NCBI GenBank assembly: GCA_032718475.1
Contig: JAUCBJ010002904.1
Coordinates: forward strand, 16,038 to 80,037
DNA: 64,000 nucleotides
Reading direction: 5' to 3'
Source of the DNA: Nemertoderma westbladi
Taxonomy: Eukaryota > Animalia > Xenacoelomorpha
Both the position numbers and the translations under genes were made by a program. Each line of letters begins with the position of its first letter. Within the stretch, counting starts at the first letter, position 1. The notes under the pieces were generated by a model. That model saw only the letters and a list, made by a program, of their open reading frames with translations. It had not been told where the DNA came from and made no database searches. This document shows, one piece after another, positions 24,250 to 37,321 of the stretch.

Positions 24250-27200
24250 GATAGACGTCTACGGATATGTTCGTGGAATGCTAGAGGAGTTTGTGACAAA
24301 CTATTAGAACGTGACCGACTGGAATTTTTTAGTCAATTTGATTTAGTTTGGGTTCTTGAAACTAAGACAGCTGCAAAGATTTACTTACCGGGATTCGAGG
24401 GTGTCCAGAACACTTCCAAGAAGAACTCTAACCGCGGAGGAGTTGCTCTATTTATTAAAGACTACCTACTACCACAGATTAAACGATTAGACTGCAAGAC
24501 AGAAGGCTACATTGCTATAGAATTACTATGTCTCCCAGATTGCTTGTTAAGCGGCTGCTATATTCCGCCCTTAGACTCGCCGTACTACGATCCGTTCCAA
24601 CTCGCCCAGCTTCAGGCGCAACTACAGACAGGCGGCCAATCCGTTGTAGTTCTAGGGGATCTTAACGCTCGAGTTGGCGACGCTTCACCTCACCTAGATG
24701 TGCCTTACAGAAACATAGTCGACCGAGATGTAAACCGCCACGGGAAGGACGTGATCGCTATCTGTAAATCTACGAATTCTCTTATTTTAAACCATCTCGA
24801 ATACAAAGGTAAACAGTTGGGAGGAAATCTTTCATACAGGATGGGAAATAAATGGGTTTCAGAAATCGATATAGGTGTAGCGAAGGGGCCTATTCTAAAC
24901 TGTATCTCTCGCTGGGAAGTCGACCAGTCCGTAACCGGATCAGACCACGCCGCACTACTGCTCGACGTAGATTGCGGTTTGCAGGTCCCAGTTAGTGACC
25001 TAAAGAACCGCTCAGCACTCCTGGGCGTTTCAGGTAACCAAACAAAATCTGGTCTTGGGAACAGTACACACCACTCGAACGTCGATTGCGTCAAGTTCCA
25101 CAATGTAATGGAGGAAGTCGAACCTCCGCTCCTGGTCGGTCTATCGCCGGAGGATGTAGATACCACGCTGAAGGATTTAAATAACCTTATCGCCTCCAGT
25201 TCTAGAATAGCTCGCAATCCGGGCTGCAACACTAGATTCGATAAACGCAACAAATATACTAGGTGGGAAACCATTCTCGAAGGTAATGATCCTAAACAGA
25301 TATGGCGGGCAATAAACTGGAAGGGCCAGCTGTACGACGGTAACGATAATCTCGCTCAGGACCAACCGCCCCCTAGCCAGTTTAAAGCTCACTTTGAATC
25401 TCTACTAAATCCCACAAGCGCCGTTCCGCTAAGCGCTGGAATCGATCCTGAGTTTGAATCGGCGCCGTATATACCGGAACTAGACGATAAGTTTACTCCA
25501 CGCGAGCTTGCTGATACTCTAGCTGATATTAAGGTTAATAAAGCGTATTGGGGCAGTAGTTTAGGGTTAATATGCAAACTTCCAGGATCTTGGTTAATTT
25601 TTATGTTATCAATATTCAATGTAATATTTGAGTATGTACGATTCCCCCCAGCATGGTGTTACAGTAAACTGTTTGTGCTTTATAAGAATAGTGGGTCACG
25701 TATGGACTGCGGTAATTACCGTGGTATTAGTATTGTTGACTCATTCGCTAAGATTTATGATATGCTTATAAATTCTAGGCTGCTTAGATGGGTCAATATT
25801 GACAGCTGTCAAGCGGGTGGTAGAAAGAACCGTGGGTGTACTGAACAAGTTGTTGCATTACGATTATTAATTAATTATGCTATTTCTAAGAAGTGTAAAT
25901 TATTTGTTATGTTTGTCGATTTTCGTAAAGCCTACGATCTGGTCCTCCGTAACAAACTGTTGAATGTACTAAGGGAAGCAGGCTGTGGGAAACAATTACT
26001 CTACGCCATTAGGGCTATATATAGTTGTACAAAAATTGTGTTGAAAGATGCAGTAATTATATCTATTCTCGGTGTAAAACAAGGTGCATCAACAAGCGTA
26101 ACTTTATTTTGTATGTATTTAAATCAGTTTGTTGTAAGGTTACGTGCAGCGTACAGTACAGATGGTTTTTTGGGAGTTATACAGATATTGCTACTTATGG
26201 ATGACTCAGTTATTCTGTCTACTACACGTAGCGCATGTGAAACAAAATTTCGTGTTCTAGCTGATTATTGTGCAGATTACGGAATGACTATAAACCCCAA
26301 AAAGACAAACTTTATGGTTATTAATGGATCGGTGTCTGACCGGGTCCCCATAGAATATGGAGGAATTAAAGTTTCTAACTGTGCTACATACATTTATCTA
26401 GGCTCACCATTCTGTGAGAATGGTAAAATGTCCTCAGTGCTCAATGTACACGCAAGTCGGTGTACCGATGCTGTTAATAAGTTTATTATTTTCTGTACGG
26501 TCAACGATTCAATGCCTTCCACTTGAAACTGAAAGTTTTCCAAGCTTGCCTATCAGCAGTACTGACATATGGGTGTGAGTCTTGGTTAACTAGAGATTTC
26601 AAGTCTATAGAGGTACTGTATATGAAAGCGATTAAGTCGTTGCTTGGGGTACGTAAAACTACTCCGAATGACGTCTGTTTGGTAGAACTCGGTATTAAAC
26701 CGCTACGAGCCATTGTTGTCGAAGCTCAAAAGAAATTGTTCACAAAATACTCAAAATTAGCCGACAGAGCTCTACCAATCACGCAAACTCTTGATTTATG
26801 TGCAAATGTGGTAGGAATACACGGATATACTATACTATCTGGTGCGTGCAATGAAGATATTTCTAACTACAATTTAGATTCTATTAGGCGTAGGATTCGT
26901 AGTAAGCCACCCACTGCGACTAAGTTTTGGTCATACTGTCATGATATTAACCCGGAGCTAACAGTACATACAATTTATCGTGATAATGTTAACTACATAC
27001 CAGACTACCAGCGTAAAGCATTTACTCGTTTTAGGGTGTTTTCGCATGAGTTACGCCGTGAAAAGGGTAGATGGAGTAGTACTCCACCTGCCGAGCGTGT
27101 GTGTTCATGCGACCACATCTCAGTTCAGAACGAGGAACATGCAGCTATGATATGTTCTCGTACTAGGGAACTACGTGGTCAATTTCGTTACGTTGGATAT

Positions 27201-27287
27201 TCGTCTTTAGTAGATCTGTTTCGTTGCCAGGATACAAAACAACTGTGTTGCTTCATTGAAAAAGTATTAGACAAATTTAAATGTTAA
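24250..27287 (+). pseudogene. LINE ORF2 (AP endonuclease - RT - CCHC), frameshift near 26520
   Basis: APE motifs SWNARG, LETK, GDLNARVG and SDH. RT motifs NYRGISI, FVDFRKAYD, GVKQG and LMDD. C-terminal EKGRW...RVCSC...EEH...C. Start is approximate. Confidence 0.9.
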
Positions 27288-27420
27288 TCAGTAAATTAGT
27301 TGGACAAATATTGTGCTCTACCGTGTTATAATGTGAGTTAATTAATTAAGTTTGTTTTCAGTGTATTGTGTAATAATTATTGCTTTGTTTATCGAAAGTA
27401 TTTGTCAATAAAATAATAAT

Positions 27421-29195
27421 AATAATAACATCAGGTTGTGGTAGCGCAACAGAAAATCTTTCTCAATTTGTAGAAACATACTGCAAAAAGATAGCTAACA
27501 CATTACCACATCGGGTAAAAGATACCTCACACATGCTGGAAATAATAGACGAATTAAATTTACATGAAATTGCAGATAATGATATATTGATTAGTTTTGA
27601 TATTATTAGTATGTTTCCTTCTATTGACAACAAAAACGGGATCAATATAGTTTCTAATAAATTAAAAGAAAATATACACTTGTTTGATGTACCTTCTGAC
27701 TGCATTATTGAAGCATTGGAAATTTGCCTAAAAAACAACGTATCACAGTATCAAAATGAGTTTTGGATACAAACAGACGGCACTGCAATGGGACCGAAAA
27801 ATTATTGTTCTTACGCTGACATAGTGGCAGGAGATATTGATATAAAAGTAAGAAAAAAAGATACCCTGAATTAAGATGTTGGTTTAGATACAGAGACGAT
27901 ATATTCTCCATATGGCGTGGTTCAAAAAGGCGTCTATTCGAATTCTTTAAGCTATTAAATACATTGGATCCAAAACTTAAGTTTACACTGGATATAGGTG
28001 CTAAATCGTTACACTTTTTAGATCTAAACATAACAATTGAAAATAATCAGTTAACAACATCAGTGTATAGTAAACCTACAGATTCACATATATATTTAAA
28101 TAGTAAATCTGCCCACCCTAAATGCCAAATCAACGGAATTCCTAAAGGAGTTGCCTTAAGGTTGAAAAGAATTAACACAAAAGATAAAGACTACGTGACT
28201 CAAGGTAACGTGTACAAGAACCACCTAATTAAGTGTGGACATAATGCAGATCATGTAAATACAGTCTTTGAAGAAGTTAGGAACATGCAAAGATCGGAAG
28301 CAAGAAATTATAAAGGAAAAAACAAAAGTATTAAAAATCCAACAGTTTTAGTAACAACGTATAACCCAATGGCTCCAAACTTTAAAATACTTATCAATAA
28401 ACATTATGGTATATTAGAGTCAAACGAAATGGCAAGGAAAATACTACCACGAAACGAAATAATTGTTTTATATAAAAGAAACCCAAACCTAAAAGAACTT
28501 CTAGCACCATCCAATCCATACAAACAATTATCATGCATTGATAATCCTGGTTGTTACAATTGTAGCGCTAAAAAGTGTGACTGTTGTGAAAATTACTTAA
28601 TTGAAACCAACCATTTCAAATGTGTAGCTACAGGCAAGACTTTTAAAATAAACAAACGATTAAACTGTTACTCGGAAAATGTAGTATATTTAGCTATCTG
28701 CATAGAATGCAATTTACAGGGTGTTGGCTCAACAATCAATTTCAAGAAGAGGCTTGGAAATTATAAATCTCATATAAAAAAAAGGTGTGAAAAGTTGCAA
28801 TATCGGCGTGCATTTCATCGAAAAACACAACAAATCCTCCAAAAACTTGAAATTTATTTTGATTGACCAATTACCAAGAAGGGACAACTGCGTAGAAACA
28901 ATAAAGAAACTAAGAAAATCAGAACGATTTTGGATTGGTATGCTGCTCACTAATATAAAGGGCTTGAACTCCTTCCATGACTACATTCAACAATAAAAAC
29001 TTTATTATATTAAGTCTAGGTTACCTTAACAACAAACTAAGAATTACGATATTCTATGTAAACAAATTCAAATAAGAATAATAAAAAATAGATTTGATAA
29101 AGGCTATGCAATATAGCCGAAATATCATCTGTAGAATAAAAACATAACTTTTCTTAAATACAAGCAGTAGCATTTATTTCATTTGTCTTCATAAT
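27421..29195 (+). mobile_element. Inverted 5'-truncated copy of the PLE 3' part
   Basis: Near-identical reverse complement of about 20300-22077, with frameshifts giving ORFs 27380-27874, 27964-28866 and 28787-28996. Confidence 0.95.
29089..29131 (+). ncRNA. Second copy of the minimal hammerhead candidate
   Basis: TAGATTTGATAAAGGCTATGCAATATAGCCGAAATATCATCTG, identical to the minus-strand copy. Confidence 0.7.
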
Positions 29196-29403
29196 ATATA
29201 TAATATAACATATAATATAAGTAAGTAAGTAATAAACACTAATATATATTGCACTAATCTACTAAATAATCGCTAAAATAACGTTCTACTAAATAAAATT
29301 AAAGAAAACGATTATAATAAAATTACATAATAATACATACATAAATATAAAATAATAAAAACAAATATAAAATAATATAGTCACACACCCACTCCAGACG
29401 CTG

Positions 29404-30153
29404 TCACATTGGGGAGTCCCTGGATGTTGGTTGGATTAGGGAGGTGGTCGTGGGAAGAGTATCTTGCCTTCCATAGTTTCCGGAGAGTTCCCTGTCTCTT
29501 TCCAGTAAACATAAATGACCAACTGGGCGATTGAGCTGCTGCGTCTCGAAGACAATTCCTGGTTTTTTAAAGTTAGGTCGCATGACGACGAGTTCTACAG
29601 ATCGCACCAAACCATCATCTGAGATATGAGTCTCAATGATACGACCTGTCTGCCACCGCTTACGTGGAATATCTGACTCCACAATAAGGACCATGTCTCC
29701 TGCGCTGACGTTTTCTTGCTGCGCAAACCACTTAGTTCGAAGTTGTAGCGTAGGCAGATAATGTTTTTCGAAATGGTCGCGAAACGACGGGATAACAACT
29801 GCATAAGTTGCCAAGTTTGCCGGCAGTATTCGTCTCCGTCCGTGATTTCCGATCGTGGTAGCATGGCTATAGGTTTCTTCAGTAGGAAGTGCGCGGGTGT
29901 TAGCGCTTCCAGGGAATCGGGACTCGATGAGACTGGCATAAGTGGTCTCTCGTTGAGATAGGCGGCGATTTCCTCCATTAACATCCGCAAAAGTTCGTCG
30001 GTGAGATACGCGCGGCACGGCACTATAAAGTGAAATGCGGTCTTCACGCTCCTGATTAATCTCTCCCAACTTCCTCCCCACCAAGGGGCGACGGCGGCGT
30101 TGAAGGTCCAGCTAGAAGCTGTGGGGCGAGCCATGAAGTGAGTGAGCCTTAGC
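29404..30153 (-). pseudogene. BEL integrase C-terminal part
   Basis: WTFNAAVAPWWGGSWERLIRSVK, LNERPL, ALTPAHFL, YLPTLQLRTKW and DGLVRSV are BEL integrase signatures. One frameshift. Confidence 0.93.
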
Positions 30154-30778
30154 GTAGGGGTACCATTAATCAACCTGTCGTTCTGTCGCGTTTTTTTTCA
30201 GTATTTTATTTTAAACGTTAATAACTCGGCCAATCCTTGATGAAATCTATCCAAACTTGGTACACATGTTGTTTGGCAAAAGTTTGAAAATTTTCCAAGT
30301 AGAATTTGCGTGGGGTCTTCGTGCAGCATCAGTGTAACTGTTATTGCAGTTATAATAAATTTATTTATCCAAATTTAAATGCGTTAAATTATTATTACTG
30401 TAGGATAAATCAGCTGGTTTTTCTGACAAATTTTGCAATACATTGGGGTTGTCTGCATGTACCATGTGTACCGGTACTGTCAGGCTGTACTCTGAATCGA
30501 GAATCCTGCAATCAGTCAATACTGCAATACTGGTCAGCCGGTACCATACACTGCAGACATGCCATATCATGTAATCTAATTAACCCCGGCAACCCTTGCG
30601 GTGATTAAAGTTTAGGCCTAATTAGCCCAGTACCGGCACCGGTAATAATAATATAATAGTTTAGATAGTTACCGCTAATCATTCAGTCATTGCTGCATTG
30701 GCACGGTACACCGTACAGCCGTATTGCTGTACTGCCGTTGTCAGTTGTAGTGCGCACCGTACTGCCGTAGGTACCACC

Positions 30779-32641
30779 CATGGCCTACTACACACAGGCC
30801 ATGACAAGGACTTTGCTGTGAAATTAGCGTAGGTTGACTGTGCTGATTATCAGATTATGGTACTGTGGTACAAGCTATATACTGTTAGGTATACTGCTGT
30901 ACTGGGGTGGGGTTAGGAATAATCCATTGGTTTTAGCATTTAATCCCTTTATTTATTATAAAACCATTGGAAATATTCGCAAATGCCGCTCCATTCTGCC
31001 ATTACTGTCTGAAACGCTCCCGACAGTCCACCAGTCCGATGTATCTGGACCCGAGCAGCCGAGTTGCTTCAAGAGGTGATTAACGGGGGAATACTACGCA
31101 ATGCTACGGAATTGCTTGTTTGTCAGTACGATTCTATTTGGGTATTTACTACACTCAGACACTGGGAATACGGCGGTCAGTCAGATCGTAATGCGGGCCA
31201 CTGCCAAGTTCCTCATGCCTCACTCCGGTCACCCACCTTGGAGTGCGGTGGGAAGAGTCCCACTTACTGACTTACGTCGACGACTGGACGAATCGACGAG
31301 GATTGCGATCTGGGTTTAGCGGCGGCCCGGATCCTGGTATCGCCTGGGGGAAATGGTTGAACGTCGGGCATACTTGTATCGCACTGGATTACGTTCTCTG
31401 CGACGTGAAAGTGTGAAGCAAATTCGTTGTCGAATTGGGTCGAAAGCTGCGGGAATTCTACTGTTCTACGGGAGTAAACCGCAGCGGTCCGGTGACTACG
31501 GACGGATACTACTGGGATAAGCAGGTATTTCGATCGAGTTTCTCGTATTCTCGATGCTCGACAGCTCGAGGCGGATAGAGAGTTGGTTGTGTTGGGCGGT
31601 GTTGTTCAATTCTATCAAACGTATTAAATAATTGGTAAAATAATAAAAACACACCAGATAAAGATACTGAGCTTATGGTAAAGAGATAGGCCGAACTTAC
31701 AATTTCCAAATAGATTGTTCATATAATAAATATATTTTTGGTATTTGATTTCAAGATAGGGGGGGGGGGGACTGGACGCAATAAAAATTCATCCCTCTCC
31801 AGGGGAAATTGGACGCAAATAACAACAGCTGATTACTCTCAAAAATAAAACTGTAACCTGTTCTATTGTGTTTACTTTATTGTTTTGGTTAAAATAACGT
31901 GCCACTGTAACCTGCTCCTTTCCCAAAATTGAGAAATTAATATTGAGGCGGGATATTAATTTGCCAAGATGGGATTTGCGTCCAGTCCCACCCCCCTCCT
32001 GTCTCTTGATTTTACTAAAAAATAGAATACATTGCATTTTACTGTTATAATTACTGTATTGAATAAAATAATTAATTTATTTTTTATTAAACCGTGCTAA
32101 GCACGTTGAACTGGAGCTCTAACAATTCCCCACTAGCGGCAGACAGGAACTGTAAAAGTCTCTGTAGAATTTCTAATTAAGCAATGCTCTTAGGTAACTA
32201 CTACTAAATTTCAGATGAATCTGATCGTTGGTTCTATAATTACAGCTATTTTTACGTTTCTGTTAATTCGCCCCCTAGCGGCAGACAGGGGAACTGTAGA
32301 AGTCTGTGTGTGTAGAATTTCAAAATTTTTTATAGACTACATGTGTACCAAGTTTGGTTCCATTTCATCCTTGATTGACTGACTTATAAGCGTTCAAACA
32401 TTCCTGCCACAAACATTGCCAGAGGCAGCCACAAACAAATAAAAGCTGCAGGAACTCTAGCGATAATTATTTAATTAATTATTAAATAGTGTTTCAATTA
32501 AATTACTTACGAAAATCTAGTCATCTTCTTTTAAATATGGACCCTGCATTCGTGGAAAGTATAATATTTGATAATTCAGCAGTCAGCCTACGCTAATTTC
32601 ACAGCAAAGTCCTTGTCATGGCCTGTGTGAAGTAGGCCATG
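30779..32641. mobile_element. Non-autonomous P-superfamily-like TIR element
   Basis: 62-bp TIRs starting CATGG (30779-30840 and 32580-32641, 2 mismatches) and 8-bp TSD GTACCACC (30771-30778 and 32642-32649). Confidence 0.85.
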
Positions 32642-32874
32642 GTACCACCCTACTACCGGTACCTGCTGACCGGTGGCAACTAGCACTTCAGCACTTGCAC
32701 AGCAACAGCACTACCGGTGATACACAGGTTGGAATTTATGTAGAGTTTGCTCAACAGTACAGATATAAAATAGTTATCTAAATTATATATATTACTATTG
32801 ACAAGTATTGAAATATATACCGTTATTCGTTTTATCAGTATTTGCAACATCTGACATTGAAGAGGTGAGAGAAG

Positions 32875-33333
32875 ATGAATACCGGCACTCAACAAAACCA
32901 ACGCTTATCACAGGTCGGTATGGTTACCTCGAAACCGGCGCGACTGTCCACTCGAATACAACTTCAAAACACAAACACCAACAATAAACTGAAAGCGAAT
33001 CGTAAGTTTTCAGAAGAATCTGTCATTGGGACGAAGAAAAGGAAGCCGAAACCACGGGAATGGACCACAGCTAAGATTGAATGCTCCCATTGTCAGAGTT
33101 CCTGGACCGAAATTGAAACACCAATTACTGATGGGCTTGATCTCTCAAACCAAAACTTCCTCTGCGGTGTTTGCGCGGCAGTAAAGATTGAAAGTCTGGA
33201 AGCTGGCATCCCTAGGTATTATTATTATAAAGAGCGTCAGCCTGCATTTAATAAATATATTTTAATACAAAACAGGTCGAACGCAAAGAGGCTTATAATG
33301 AAGACGAGTACTGCATTGATTATATTCCTATAA
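32875..33333 (+). other. Short ORF with a C2-C2 Zn-finger-like motif, possibly a TE remnant
   Basis: Basic stretch KKRKPKPR followed by CSHC...FLCGVC. Confidence 0.3.
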
Positions 33334-33606
33334 ACCACCTGGCTTTGCATATTGAACGTGCGTTTGGAAATAAGTTCGTGCTACCCTTCCGTGGGTGGTA
33401 GATGTTGCGGTTATGTATTGGTGGGAGGAGGGGGGGGGGGGGGGGTGCAGATTTAAAGGGGTGAACACGTACTGTCCCCCTTTCTTTGATTAATTGGTGG
33501 TGTGGGTTAATCTCTCATAACCTGATTTTGTGATACAGTCGCACAATTTTAATTTGTATCTCATAACTGGGCCTCGTGCTGCGCGAAGGCCCCACGAACG
33601 TGTTAC

Positions 33607-36600
33607 CCTTAGCTGATCGTCCACCTGTCTTTGGTTCCAATCTTTGACGTAAGCCTTGATTTCATTGTTGGCACCAATGAAGTTCGTTCCCTTATCAGAT
33701 CTCATTGTGTTGCTAGTTCCAAAGCGAGCGATCTGTTGGCGTAGACTCAGTATGAAACTGTTGGTAGATAGATCGTTCACCATATCTAAATGGATCGCTC
33801 TACAAGTCATACAGACAAAGATGACACACCATCTCTTGACTATAGTCCTAGCACGATATACTTCAATAGGGCCAAATAAATCCACACCAGTATTAGTAAA
33901 GGGTGGTTCATAGAAGCTTACTCGTTCCCTAGGTAATTCTGCCTCTCGCTGTGTTAAAGGCCTACTGAATGCTTTCCTACAGGGTATACAGTTCCTAAGA
34001 ACTTGGTTCAGAGCTCTACGGGGTTTATGAAAATAATAGCGAGTTCGAATTTCGCTAAGAACTCGTTCTCTACCAGCATGATAAAGCTTACTGTGAACAT
34101 CTACAATCATCTTGATTTGTATTTCAAGATTTCTAATGAGTATGGGAAACTTAGTGTCAAAGGATAATGGAGCATTAGTTAGTCTTCCTCCAACGCGTAT
34201 TAACCCATCTATCATTGTGCTAGAGAAACGATCCCTTAAGCGCATCTGTGGATTTCTCAACAACAGGAAATACTTATCGGAATCCTCATAGCATTGCAGG
34301 AGTCTCAGTATCTGCTTATTTGTTTCTTCATGCTCCTGGTAACTGATCCTCTCCTTCAGAAATCTGTCTGATATCTTGTATTTGGGAAGATCTTTAACAA
34401 CATGGACCTGACGCAGATGTCAGTGGAGCAGTATCACTAGCGGTCTTCGTCCTGGAGTAGTGATGATGAAAACATCGCTTTAAATATGTAACGGCCTTAC
34501 AAAGCCGATTCCAGGAGCTATAGTGATGTATCGCTCTCTGCAGGAGAGGTGAGAGTCCTTGCGAGACGTCTGGTGTTCCAGATTTCCAATCTCTCTCTCT
34601 GATTTCCACAACAGACTTATTTGTGGCTGGGGGTTTTGGATCCAAAGCGTCGTCTCCGGAAGTGTGTAGTACAGACAGATCTATCACGGGTTTAAATAAC
34701 TTCGATTTACTCGCCCGGGTTTTAGGTTTGACTTTCTCCGCTCCCTTGGCTTGTCTAATCTCCGCCGTAGTAAGATGAGGAGGCCATTCATCCTCTTCTT
34801 TGCTTAGGAAGTCGGGTCCACCTAACCAGTCTGGAGTATCTATCAGTTCTTGTGGAGTTGCTCCCCTGGAGGCGATGTCGGCTGGATTAATCGTCCCGGG
34901 GCAATGTCTCCATTGATCTATCTTCGTGCGACTAAGTATAATGGCTACTCTGTTGGTAACGAAGACGCTGAACTGACAGACTTCATTGGTTATATACTCC
35001 AACACGAGTAAAGCATCGGTCCAATAGACAGTTTTCTCCAGTGGATAGTCGATCTGTTCTGTTACATTCCGGCCGATGGCTGTAGCGTATAGAGCCGCTT
35101 TTAACTCCGCTCGAGGAACTTTCAACTTGTTGTTTATCAAGGCCTTAGAGGTAACCAAGGCGACCTTAATTCCATCCGGAGTTTCAACTCTCAGGTAGGC
35201 TACTATACCTATTCCCATATCGCTGGCGTCTCCAAACACATGGAGTTGATAGGAATACGTGGGGAGAACGTGACCAAAATATGAACGGGAAATTATAAAG
35301 TTCTCGATGGATGGTAGAGAATCTTCCCATTTCATCCACTTCTTTAATAGTTCTCCCTTAAGTGGATCGTCCCATGAGTGGTTTTCAAGCCACATTTGTT
35401 GTACTAAACTCCGAGCAATCAATATAACTGGGCTAATAAATCCCAATGGATCGAAATAAGTGCTCAGGATACTTAGACAAATCCGTTTAGTCCGAACTGG
35501 ATTATCTCGCTGTTTTAGCTGGAAAAACAGGATATCTCTCTCCGTGTCCCATTTCAAACCAAGCGTCTTGGTTTCTGGAAGATCGTCCTTGATAAGGTCT
35601 AGATCTTTAACTCCTCGGTCTTCTACCGGGATCGATTCCAGAAACTCACGGGAGTTACTGGTGAATTTAGTTAATCGAAATCCACCTCTTTTCAAGCACT
35701 CTACCGTTCCTTTGGCGACATCAATGGCTTCTTCCACCGATGGGAGGGACTTTAAATTGTCGTCCATGTATATATCCCGTTTGATGTTGTCGATAACCTC
35801 TTTGGAGAAGGCGTCCCGGTTGTCATCAGCAGTGGTGCGCACTACTGAGCAGGCGTTTGAAGGGCTCGAGATGATCCCAAAAGCCTGGATGGTCATCCAG
35901 TACTCCACCGGTTTCTGGTTGAGGTCTCCTTCAGGCCACCACAGAAATCGTAGGCTGTCTCGATCTCTATCCAGCGCCTTAACTTGTAAGAACATGCCTT
36001 CTATATCGGAGGCGAAAGCGATTGAATATTGTCGTAATCTTAAGAGTATTCCCAACAAGGATTGGAGTAAGTTGGGTCCCGGCAACAACTCGGAGTTAAG
36101 GGATTGGCCCATGTAGAGGGCGGAGCCGTCAAATACTACCCGGACTTCGTTGGGTTTACCGGGTTTGGGAACGTAATGATGTGTTAGATAGTACGTTCTC
36201 TCAGTTATGGGTGTTTCTTCCGGTACTCGCTCCGCATATCCCTTGTCAATGAATTTCTTCAACTGGGTCTTGTACATCTCCTTAGCTGAAGCATTTGCCG
36301 TAAGGCGTCGATGTAGTTGCGCAATTCTCTTCTCCGCCAAGGGTCGGTTGTTTATAAAATTGGGTTCTCGCCGTCGGAAAGGCAGACCAATCTCATACCT
36401 ACCTTGATCTTTAAGAAAACGTGTAGTCGTTTCCTGTATCTGCTTGGCTCTTTCTTCTTCTACCGATAGGGCCTTATCGTAGGAATTGGGCTCTACAGCC
36501 TCTTGAGTAAAGAATCGTACGGCGTGTTCATCACGAGTCTTCGCGTTGTAACGATCTATCACTTCATTCAGTTCGTCGTTGTAATCGACTTGTCCCGCTG

Positions 36601-37321
36601 GATGAATGAGGTGACATAGGTTCACTTGGTTTTGCCAAGTTTCATTTTCCGTAAGGAGGTCGATGGTATTCTCCTCGTCGAATAGTTGGTGGATATCGTC
36701 ATTATCTGAGGAGTATGGTGTTCCCTCAGGTGTGTCGTCTCCCTCACTGATCTCCTCTTCCCATTCACTCACCTGGTAGACTCGTTCTTTGGGTAGCCTT
36801 TCCATGAGAGTTCTACGGGAAGGTCCAGTAAAGTACCAACCTACTCTAGTTCTTCCCGCATAGGTTTGCAGTGGTTGCGGTTGAGCAGGCCGTTTTTCCA
36901 ATGTCTCAAGCGCCTCATGCGCATTTTGGCCGATGAGTATTTGTACTCCAGGGTAGTCTGTGTTGAATCTAGGTATCTCATGCTGCTGGGTGAAATCGTC
37001 CTCATCCCAGTTATAAGGTTCCACTTGGCTGGTAGCGAAGTTCTTTATCGCCACCATTTTTACTGACCTTATACTGTGTTCTCCTAGTTCATCCTGGGGG
37101 GTGGACAACGCGCCTACATAGTAGTCTGTAGTTACTGTAGATTTCCAAACCTGCATAATTCCTGAAAGGTTCAACTTAGTTCGGAACTTGGGTTGTCCAG
37201 CAAAGATGTCTTCGGCTAGTTCTTTGTCGATGAATGTTCCTGTGCTGCCGGAGTCAAGGAGGGCGTTCACTATATAGCTCTTTTCTGACCCGTGGACTCT
37301 CAACTGCACTACAGGAAATTC
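33607..37321 (-). pseudogene. BEL pol: protease, RT, RNase H, integrase N-terminal part
   Basis: ALLDSGS, RVVFDGS, GPNLL, SDIEGMFLQV, YMDD, FDPLG, HVFGDAS, VPRAEL, NPADIASRG, H...H...CIPC, GVDLFGP and SDKGTNF. Confidence 0.95.

Larger units (their letters stand above)
23459..27423 (+). mobile_element. APE-type LINE of the RTE group (RTEX/Proto2-like)
   Basis: ORF1 and ORF2, then AATAAA and a (TAA)n tail at about 27407-27428. No TSD visible. Confidence 0.85.
30154..33606. mobile_element. Unclassified 3.45-kb insertion into the BEL integrase
   Basis: Flanked by CCTTAGC (30147-30153 and 33607-33613). The integrase frame is restored on removal. A GC hairpin GGGCCT...AGGCCC lies near the right end. 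Confidence 0.75.

Noticed and set aside
20230-29220. Defined TSD for the PLE insertion (ATATAACATAT at both ends)
   Set aside because: It lies in low-complexity AT repeats, so it cannot be distinguished from chance.
31380-31620. THAP domain remnant on the minus strand (FDPIRQRIC..HF)
   Set aside because: It needs a frameshift, and the other THAP motifs are not found in order.
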